A stretch of DNA of 64,000 bases. It comes from Octopus vulgaris (taxonomy: Eukaryota). Where the stretch lies: NCBI GenBank assembly GCA_951406725.2, contig OX597826.1, positions 70,866,001-70,930,000 on the forward strand. The letters are read 5' to 3'. This document shows positions 54,452 through 64,000 of this stretch, in pieces. A program made the translations under genes and the position numbers. The notes beneath the pieces are model-generated. The model was not told the DNA's origin and made no database searches. It was given only the letters and a program-made list of their open reading frames with translations. How positions within the stretch are numbered: the first letter of the stretch is position 1; every line of letters starts with the position of its first letter.

Positions 54452-55862
54452 TGGTGTGGCGGACAATAGACAATTTTCCGCGACGATAGTATTCTCAGGC
54501 AACTCCGAGATAAAAGTGAACCTCAACAATCACAGTTCGCCCTTGGAAATATTCCACGAGTTTCTCACGGAGTGTATGGCAGCCGAAACAAACGACTACA
54601 CTGCTACTCATCCTCAACGTGAATCCGAGCATAGCACCGACTGGTTCCCGACGACAGGCGCTGAAATCAATGTGTTTTTTTCGCTGCCTATTCTCATGGG
54701 CATCGTTATAAAACCCACCCTCGGTTCCTATTGGAGTAGGAACCCTCAAACGGCGACACCGTTTTTCGCCGACACCATGCCACACGATCGATTTTTCGCG
54801 CTACTGAAAAACCTACACTTCAACTCGGGAGTCAACACCGATGACAGGCTGCACAAACTTCGGCCAATTGTTGACGAAGTCGCAGACAATTTCAAAACTG
54901 TCTATATACCTACGCAAGATATTTCCACAGACGAAAGTCTCTGGAAATTCAAGGGGCGGTTGCGATTCATACAGTACAACCCTACAAAACATGCGCGCTT
55001 TGGAATGAAAGTATATAAAGTTTGTCAGTCATCCGGTGTCGCATGTGGCTATACCTGGAACTATAAAATATATACTAGCGAGGACAGGGACTGGGTCACG
55101 GACGTTCTAGCATCAGCTAATGTCGTCATGTCATTGAATGACGAACTGTTAGACAGGGAGTATAATTGGTTTTCCAGTTCCGACTTGTTTCAGCAGCTTT
55201 CAGGGAGAACATGCCCCACGATCTTCGAAAGCCGAAACTTGAGAAAGGAGAATTTGCACACCGTTCGACGGACAGTGGTCTCCTGGCGTTGGTCTGGCGA
55301 GACAGAAAGTACGTTACCATGCTGAGTACGATGCACTCTGCTGCAATGTCTGAAACTGGCAAACGGAATCGTAGAGGGGATCCCATAATAAAACCCAATA
55401 TTCTACAGGACTACAACAGAGCAATGAGTAGGTTAGATAGATCCGATCAGCTGGCTACCACGCACAAATCTTCACGATCTGTACAAAATATATTTTTGTA
55501 CATTGTGGATATGGCACTCGTGAAGACACATCTGATCTGGCGAATGCTGGATGGCCACGCAACTGGACTCGCATTCCACGAGGCTTTGATAAATGAAATT
55601 TATCGAAGTTTCCGAGCTGCCCAACTACCGAACGCGTGGACGTCCTTACGCTCGACCGACTCCAAACCAGCTTCTGAACGGACGAGGACATTTCCCGCGC
55701 TTCATACCGCCAACGGGAAAAAAGCAGAATCCGGCATGGAAATGTGTTGTATGCACCCCACACCACCGTAGGCTCGCAGCCATATATCGTTGTCCGTACT
55801 GTGATGTGTCCCTTTGCATAATACCGTGTTTTGAGTTGTACCACACGCAAACTATTTTCTGA
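54452..55862 (+). pseudogene. piggyBac-family (PGBD4-like) transposase, frameshifted
   Basis: Three overlapping ORFs give MPHDRFFALLKNLHF, STDESLWKFKGRLRFIQYNPTKHARFGMKVY, WRDRKYVTMLST, KPNILQDYN..M..LDRSDQ and the C-terminal CVVC...CPYCDVSLCIIPCFELYH domain. The second catalytic D region (DNWF) is deleted. Possible TIR end near 56082. Confidence 0.95.
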
Positions 55863-56086
55863 ACTTGAGCAGAATAACTCGTGCATATCATAATATGATA
55901 AATAGCTTCACATAGTTCGTTTTCATAAACCGGTAGACGTAAATGTCCGACACTATGTTATTGTAACGGTGAATGTAAATAGATGCAAGCTCGTTGGCAC
56001 TTGTGTGTTTGTGTGGCCTCATTAGATAAAAAAATACCGGAGCAGTGTCTCGCATTCTTCGGGTAATACCAGCATCAAGAGGTTTA

Positions 56087-56243
56087 CGTTCTTTACGTTC
56101 TGAGTTCAAATTCCAACGAGGTCGACTTTGCCTTTCATCCTTTCAGGATCGCTGAATTAAGTACCAGTCAAGCACTAGGGTCGATGTAGTCGACTTGCTC
56201 CTCTAACAAACTTTCAGGTTTTATGACTTTAGTAGAAAGGATT
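56087..56243 (+). mobile_element. SINE family C fragment
   Basis: ttacgttctgagttcaaattcc...gcctttcatcctttcagg. Confidence 0.75.
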
Positions 56244-56690
56244 ATTATTATTGTTGTCGTCGTCGTCGTCATCATCATCCCCACCACCAATGTGCTTTGG
56301 CGTGAACGGACGTGTTGTCAGACTTCCGAGAAAACTGAATTGTTACCAAGTTTTACTAGGTGGATGTCTTCTCCGCATTTGAAATATTTTACGATGTGTG
56401 AAAAATGGAGCGTCTAACACAATATCTGCAGTAGACAAAATGACTTTTCTTTTAGACATTATTTTAGTTTAATTTTTTGTTAACAATTTTCATTATGGTA
56501 TCTTCTATTAGTAGAGCAATAAAAAGTGTTAACAAGAAAGGAAATAACTCGGATGCAAGATAATATGTCAAAATAACTTTTCTATACACGAAAACGAGTT
56601 TAAAACAAGATACACAAAATTTAAGATATTCAAAAATGACAATGAATCAAATAAATATATTTGCAAGACCAGGCACTTATAACTTGGTAC

Positions 56691-56912
56691 CTCTTTTACT
56701 CTTTCAGTTGCTTCAGTCATTTGACTGCAGCCATGCTGGAGCACCACCTTTAGTCGAGCAAATCGACCCCAAGACCTATTCTTTGTAAGCCAAGTACTTA
56801 TTCTATCGGTCTCTTTTGCTGGACCGCTAAGTTACGGGGACGTAAACACACCAGCATCGGTTGTCAAGTGATGTTGGGGGGACAAACACAGACACACAAA
56901 CATACACACACA

Positions 56913-56951
<39 letters not shown>

Positions 56952-57120
56952 TATATACGAGGAACTTCTTTCAGTTTCCGTCTACCAAATCCACTCACCA
57001 GGCTTTGGTCGGCCCGAGGCTATAATAGAAGACACTTGCCCAAGGTGCCACGCAGTGGGACTGAACCTGGAATGATGTGGTTGGTAAGCAAGCTACTTAC
57101 CACACAGCCACTCCTACGCC
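56691..57120 (-). mobile_element. SINE family B, full length
   Basis: Reverse complement of 7317-7729. Confidence 0.9.
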
Positions 57121-57319
57121 TGAAAATTTTTGCGATGTAATCAAGACACTAGCAACAAAACAATAATACAAACATGCACAGTAATAAAAGTACTCATAAT
57201 ATTTCCTTTGCTGACATCACACAGCAAAGAGTAGTTTAAGATATGAATCGAATTCAGTCAAAGAAAGAGAGGTGTTAGTAATGTGATTCTTTGCAGATAA
57301 AGATATGTGAAATTAGGGA

Positions 57320-57755
57320 GGAGTGTAAGGGGAAAGGTAGAAATGGAGTTATCATTGGAAAGGGGTCAGAAGGAGGAAAGAGGGAAAGCTAGAGACAATG
57401 ATGGAGTGATGTAGAAGAAGGAGATGACGAGTGATATACTATAACATATTCTAGATTTTAAGGGCTTTTGAAGTTCGTTTAGATGATTAAAGGAGGGTAA
57501 AATTATAGGAAAACTATTAAATCCAGGAAGTAAATAAAGCAAAAACATTAATAAAGAAATTCTGTCTAAAGATAATATTTATAACTCGGATTCTGCATTA
57601 CTAAATAAACTTCAGTGATTCCCTGCAGATAATCTGGCTTACATCAGTCTACAAAAGATTACTTTTTATTTGACAAGATGAATTAAAGAGAAATATTTCA
57701 GCGATAAAATATAACATAACGAATGAATAAATTCTTCGAAGGAAAATTATCATCA
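57320..57755. repeat. Dispersed duplication, copy 1 (copy 2 at 61129-61540)
   Basis: Alignable throughout with many mismatches in the flanks; 57603-57705 is identical to 61388-61490. Confidence 0.9.
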
Positions 57756-57809
57756 TCATATTAAAAGACATAAAATGCAAGGAAAAAATATATCATATAT
57801 ATACCATAA

Positions 57810-57862
<53 letters not shown>

Positions 57863-58487
57863 TTTTAAATTTATGCGTATTGAAAGAATAAATAGATAAC
57901 TCGACATTGAAGTCAAAGGTGAAAAATCAGGTAATGGTGAATTGGGATTTTAGATAATAAAAAATTATGATAAAGTAATTACACAGATAATCTTTATGGT
58001 AATTAGGTGGTTAAAAAAAGATAGAGAATAAAATTCATCGATCCTAAAGAAGTGCATAGAGATATAAATTGTTAAATAATTATCGGAAAATTTAAGTATG
58101 AGTTAAGTATGAGAGAAAGATCTTTAATAAATGAAAAATAACCATGAGGATAATAATGGGTGGAAGAGAAAAAGAAAAATCAAGTTGATAGACAGGGTAA
58201 TAAACTGAAAAACAAAATGATAAACAAATGTAAACAAAACCTAGGGAATTTTTAGGACTAGTATGAATGTTGTAAAATTCAAGAGGTTTCCTGGAGCTAG
58301 TAAAAATAACATGTTGCATAAAAGGAACAAATAACCGAGTAAAGGAGCGTTTACCGATAAAAATATCAATAGAACTACTTTCAAATATAATGAAATTTAT
58401 TTGAAAATAGATATAACAAAAAAAATTGTTTGAATGGAGGATGAGAGAGAGAGAGAGAAAGAAGTAAATGGAAGAAAGTAGACAAGT

Positions 58488-58564
<77 letters not shown>

Positions 58565-58621
58565 GTGTGTGTGGAAAAAGTCGAGGTAGAAAATGCTAAA
58601 ATAATTTTATAAAAAACATTT

Positions 58622-58657
58622 CAGTACCGGTTTCAGCCTTTGAGACCTTTTCAACTG
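58622..58657 (-). ncRNA. Degenerate minimal hammerhead-like motif beside the Penelope RT
   Basis: Minus strand CAG-TTGAAAA-GGTC(tcaaa)GGCT-GAAA-CCGG-TA-CTG; palindromic stem III, non-canonical core. Confidence 0.45.
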
Positions 58658-58762
58658 TAAGTATGGAAAACAATTAAATTTTGGAAAAATTAGAAGAAAA
58701 GTTTTTTTTAAAAGAATATTTGCATAGTATTCAAATACAAGGGGTATTTTCCTTGTTTCTTC

Positions 58763-59225
58763 CTAGGAATAGAGGCAATTCAATTCTGGCTAGAGAATTA
58801 CGCCAACGAACTCCCACATCGCATCGAAAAAGAATTTGTAATAGAATTCATCCTGGAAAATAACTATTTCCTCTTCAAAGACAACTTCTATCGACAAAAA
58901 TCGGGGGCTGCGATGGGTACGAGAATGACCCCGTCCTTTGCTAACCTAGTCATAGAATATCTAGAAATTAGTATTTATCGTAAGGTTCTAGAAAAATACG
59001 ACAGCCCATTCTCCCTCTACATAGAAAATAACTGGAAGAGATACTTGGATGACTGTTTCATTCTTTGGCATGAAAATATAGAGAAACTTAAAGAATTCCG
59101 AGCACTTATAAATGGACTTGACTTAAACATTCAATTCACGATGGAATATAGCCATCAACAACTTCTCTTCCTCGACATCCTCATTAAGAAATCTAACAAC
59201 GTAATAGAAACAGATATATATTATA
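58763..59225 (+). pseudogene. Penelope-like element reverse transcriptase fragment
   Basis: Open frame LGIEAIQFWL...FILENNYFLFKDNFYRQKSGAAMGTRMTPSFANL...WKRYLDDCFILW...IQFTME...FLDILI...ETDIYY carries PLE RT motifs (GxAMG, RYxDD, FTME, FLD); truncated at both ends. Confidence 0.9.
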
Positions 59226-59568
59226 CGTTCAACTCAACAGGTAAAGGTTCAAATATGTTAAAGGTGAAAGTCTAAAAATAAGAAAACTAACATATTACTA
59301 GAAATAATGCGCTGAAATGTAAGGTGGACATACTTCAGTTCTAGTTAGTCAAAAGAGAAAATAAATTATTAAAGTAACAAATTATTCCCTATAATGAAAT
59401 AGGGAATGAAATAGGGAACATCCTGTTGTTAGTAGGAAAAAGAGACTGCTGCACTAGAATTTAGTACAAATAAACAAACCAGTAAATAAATACCCGAAAG
59501 GAAATTAGCAAAATAAACAGGAAGTAGAAAAAAGTTTGTAAGGATTTGAATTAAAAATAGTATAATGT

Positions 59569-59790
59569 TTTACTCTCTTTTACTCTTTTACTCTCTTACT
59601 TGTTTCAGTCATTTGACTGCGGCCATGCTGGAGCACCGCCTTTAGTCGAGCACATCAACCCCAGGACTTATTCTTTGTAAGCCTAGTACTTATTCTATCG
59701 GTCTCTTTTATCGAACCGCTATGTTACGGGGACGTAGCACACCAGCATCGGTTGTCAAGCTATGTTGGGAGGACAAACACAGACACACAA

Positions 59791-59829
<39 letters not shown>

Positions 59830-60002
59830 TATATACATATATACGACGGGCTTCTTTCAGTTTCCGCCTACCAAATCCACTCACAAGGCTTTAGTCGGCC
59901 CGAGGCTATAGTAGAACACACTTGCCCAATATGCCACGCAGTGGGACTGAACCCGGAACCATGTGTTTGATAAGCAAGCTACTTACCACACAGCCACTCC
60001 TC
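59569..60002 (-). mobile_element. SINE family B, full length
   Basis: Reverse complement of 7317-7729. Confidence 0.9.
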
Positions 60003-60464
60003 CGAGTGTTGGAAGCTCTTCCCATATTTGAAAAATTAATATACCACAAAACAAAGATTAAGCAAAAAGGATGAAAACGCAAATGAGGAAGTGTGTTTGG
60101 TTTAAGTGCGTACTAAAAGTACTGATTCAAAGTTGAAGGCGATATTTTCAATGAAGAAAATTTTCTCATTAAAATCAATTCTGGGCAGGCATTCTTGTAG
60201 TAAAGTGCTGCTTCATTAAATATTTGCCTGTTGGCGGAGAGTTTTGAGATAGAAAGCAAAATATTCTTATAGAAATTATAATATTCTTGTGGTCGATAGA
60301 AAGTTTATGAATTTAGTTTAGTGATTTGTTCGATTTTATGAAAGGGTGTCTAAGGGCAGTGAAAAGTCAATTTTGTGTGACTTGGTTTCAGTAGTTGCTG
60401 ATAGTCTAAGTCCTTTTAAGAATGAAAGTTTTTTCTAATTCTTTTACACTGCTATAGTTTGAAA

Positions 60465-60855
60465 CTAGCAGTATCGCCCGGCGTTGCTCGGGTTTGTTTC
60501 GACCCTTTAGAATTGGAATTTAATAAAATAAAAATTTTGCACTATGTCGCTTGTTATTCTCTTTAACTGAACATTTTTCCTGTTGAAATACACCGAAAAA
60601 TAGCGACACAGCAGTGAAAAAATCGTAAAAAATAGGAATTTTCATAGAAAAAAAGTACCTTTTTTATGTAAATAATTTTTGGTGTTAACATGGTTGGATT
60701 TGAATTTTATCTTCTACGGAATGAAGAGCAAGCCTTCTTCTATCATACTCTCAATTTTGGTCAACTTGCGCCACAGGGTCTTGGAGGAGATAGTGTTAGT
60801 TGAAGGCTACCAAACCTTATACACACAGACAACTTCAGCTTTATATAGAGAGAGA
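60465..60855 (-). mobile_element. Non-autonomous Helitron, sister of 45403-45798
   Basis: A|CTAG-cagtatcgcccggcgttgctcggg ... ttatatagagagaga|T. Confidence 0.88.
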
Positions 60856-61128
60856 TTAAAGAACTATAGCAGGACGCTATCTCAAGAAAGACCACTTTCT
60901 AAGAATATTAACTTGGATTTAAGACCGTAAATAATTTCATTCTGTCAAAATTTACTTTTCTAGTACAATTTTATTGCAGTGCTTCAGATTACTTATGTTA
61001 CGGATGATAGTGTTTAGAGATGCGTTTGTGTGTATGTGTTCGTGTATATGTTGGTGTACGTGTGTGTGTGTGTTTGTGTTTGTGTATGTGTGTGTATACT
61101 TATATTTGCTAGTATGATGCATGGTAAA

Positions 61129-61540
61129 GAGGAGTGTAAGAGGAGAGGTATAAATGGAGGTAAATCTGGAGAGGTATCAAAAGGAGAAAGGAGGGAAAGT
61201 TAGAGACAATGGTGATGTACTGTGGAAGAGGGAGGTGACGGGTGATATACTATAACGCATACTAGATTTCAAGGGCTTTTGAAGTTCGTTTACACGATTA
61301 AAAGACCATAAAATATAGGGAAACTATTAAAACCAGGAAATATAGAAATCCTGTCTGTAATATTTATAACTCGGATTCTGCATCGCCAAATAAACTTCAG
61401 TGATTCCCTGCAGATAATCTGGCTTACATCAGTCTACAAAAGATTACTTTTTATTTGACAAGATGAATTAAAGAGAAATATTTCAGCGATGAAATATAAT
61501 ATAACGAATGAATATATATTCTTAGAAGAGAAATCATCAG
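61129..61540. repeat. Dispersed duplication, copy 2
   Basis: See 57320-57755. Confidence 0.9.
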
Positions 61541-62310
61541 CGATTAATCCAGTAACATCACCAAGCCTGTTTGGCGAGTAGGGTGGTTTCTGAGTCTTTT
61601 ACAGAATGAAAATCAGGTTGCACCAAACAGTGGATGGGCTTAGGATAGTTAAGGGTTTTGTCCAAGGAGTTAGACAGTTTGGTTTAGTACTCAGTGGCAC
61701 ATTAGGCCGACCAGGACGAGTTACATTTTCAGCTGTAGCGAAAAGAACTAACCCAGGAGATGGAGAACTCGAGTTGAAAAGCTTAAGATGTGCTTATCAT
61801 TGAGTTTGTGGCAAACATTTGCGCCGGCTCTCTGCTATCAATACTTCTAAAAAGTGTGCAGACCCTACATAAGATTTCATCACTGGAAATTAATCATTTG
61901 TGTGGGCGGTCTAACACTGGATGTTGGACCCTCATACATGGAAACCAAGAACTTAGACCGTTCTGTCTATCTGTGTGTGTGTCTTCTAGAATCTAGGGCA
62001 TCTTCCATCCGATTGCGCTCAAATCTGATATGTAGATACCGACGGTATCAGGGCGTGTATAAGTCTTGACAAAATTACAAAAATCGATTCCAGGTGAGAA
62101 TGATCGATAAAGAATATTTGTGTGAATAAAATCGTTTTTCTTTGGAATAGAAAAAAAAGTATATCTTTATTTCTTCTTTTGCTTTAGGTAAAATCAGTGT
62201 TTCTCAGAGGGGAGGCCTATGGGACGGTCGGACAAGTTTCTTTTTTTAGAAACTTTGGTTTAAATGTTTAACAACTCAGCACCATCCATTGGACGGGAGG
62301 CGTTTTACTC

Positions 62311-62372
<62 letters not shown>

Positions 62373-62654
62373 GGAAGCGTACGTTTGTCTATATTATGTT
62401 TGACTTACAAACACATACTTGAAAGGTTTGCCATATCACTTTAAATATGGTAATAAATAGGATTCGTTTATATCTGTTGTGGTTAGGCTTTTATTTCAAA
62501 GCGGAAATTACATCAGTCCGCTGGTACACATTAGCTGGAATATGAAGTATGTCTATACAAGTTAAATTCTGTTCATTATAATATTAATATATGCGCCTGT
62601 GTGCATGTGTGTGCGTGTGTGCGTGTTTTATTGTTTGCATGCTTGAGAATATAT

Positions 62655-62695
<41 letters not shown>

Positions 62696-63260
62696 TGTAT
62701 ACATATATGCATATGACTTTATGTAAAGCGAGAAAAAGGAAGTGGGGCTCATAAATAGTTTCCCAGACAAAAAGTGTATTCAATATTTTAAAACCACCAC
62801 ATCCTCGTTTATAAAAGAGAGAAGCGAGTGAAAGATAGAGGAAACGAAATAGAGAAAGTGAAAGATAAATGCCGGAATTGCATGATTTCAGCAGCTATTC
62901 TGCACGCATTTCGTTCAAACCAACGCAAACAGTAAAACATGTTTACTTTTCTCATGTATAGATTTGTAAACAGACTCACTGGTTTACAGATATACTATGT
63001 TCATTGATTCAGTACCATTTATTGACTACACAAATGTAAAATATAACACACACGCTACTCTGTTCTATTAGCATGCATTAATACAATTGTTTTGATTTTC
63101 TTTCGATTTATTTTTCACAGAAAAAAAAATACTTACACTATAATCTGCACACAATAATCTTTAGAATAGAATATTTTCAAATCAACTCGCTCTCCAGTTG
63201 CCTTCCATCAAATATTTCGTCTGTCTGCATACAATGTATAACAATATATTTGAGTACTAC

Positions 63261-63386
<126 letters not shown>

Positions 63387-63432
63387 CGTGTATGTATGTA
63401 TTATGTATATGTATATGATTATATATATATAT

Positions 63433-63705
63433 ATTTTTGGTTGTCCGGAAAGTTCTCAGCGTTTTTAAGCTAAATCTTTTGACGCTTCATTAAACACACC
63501 TGAAACGTATCACTGTAAAAACTTTGGCACTGCTTAAAATGATAGTGCACCTCTTCTTCTTTGTTCCTGACTTAAAATAGATCTATCTTTCATTCCGCTT
63601 ACCCTTTATTGATATTTGAGTGATAACCAAAAATTTCGTATTCGCGTTGTAATGGTTTTCTTTTTTAAAAAAAGGAGAAAATACTGCGAAAGCTTGCAGA
63701 AACAT
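63433..63705 (+). mobile_element. mariner 5' end (TIR plus transposase N-terminus) interrupted by a SINE
   Basis: TA-ttttggttgtccggaaagttc TIR-like start; QKFRIRVVMVFFF..KGENTAKACRNI resembles the mariner N-terminal HTH. Confidence 0.6.
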
Positions 63706-63930
63706 TTTACTCTTTTACTTGTTTCAGTCATTTGACAGCGGCCATGCTGGAGCATCACCTTTCGTCGAGCCAATCGACCCTAGGACTTATTCTTTAGATG
63801 CCTAGTACTTAATCTATCAGCCTCTTTTGCCGAACCGCTAAGTTACGGGGACGTAAGCACACCAGCATCGGTTGTCAAGCGATGTTGGGCAGACAAACAT
63901 AGACACACAAACATATACACGCACTTGCAT
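63706..63930 (-). mobile_element. SINE family B, 3' half (runs into microsatellite at window end)
   Basis: ttttactcttttacttgtttcagtcatttgac...acaaacatagacacac. Confidence 0.85.
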
Positions 63931-63946
63931 ATATATATATGTATGG

Positions 63947-64000
<54 letters not shown>

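Noticed and set aside
54456-55862. Domesticated, functional PGBD gene
   Set aside because: Multiple frameshifts, loss of the second catalytic Asp region and an insertion in the 5' part indicate a dead transposon.
59334-63146. Further minus-strand micro-exon-like signals (tag|AACTGAA|gtatgt near 59334; cag|ATTATAGT|gtaagt at 63137-63144)
   Set aside because: Lengths of 7 and 8 nt, no conservation evidence, and such motifs are expected by chance in AT-rich DNA.

Overview
AT-rich, microsatellite-saturated eukaryotic non-coding DNA. The SINE families and repeat landscape suggest a coleoid cephalopod, most likely Octopus (inference). I found no intact host protein-coding gene, and almost all ORFs in the track are microsatellite artefacts. 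The window is a transposon graveyard: four or more tRNA-derived SINE families in many copies, non-autonomous Helitrons, a Helitron helicase remnant, Tc1, mariner and piggyBac transposase pseudogenes, RTE and R4/Dong-like LINE 3' ends, a Penelope-like RT fragment and a hAT-type MITE. Top findings: (1) at least six sequence-unrelated families of type I hammerhead-ribozyme motifs, including a 481-bp unit present as one inverted plus two tandem copies (29997-31410; retrozyme or Penelope pLTR-like) and a head-to-head hammerhead palindrome at 49019-49244; (2) two transposon-borne GGAACTTTCCAGGAAG minisatellite arrays that superimpose STAT/HSF/NF-kB/ETS-like sites; (3) an old ~430-bp duplication with a 103-bp perfectly identical core containing a candidate 6-nt micro-exon. 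Coordinates were read by eye and repeat ends may be off by a few bases.
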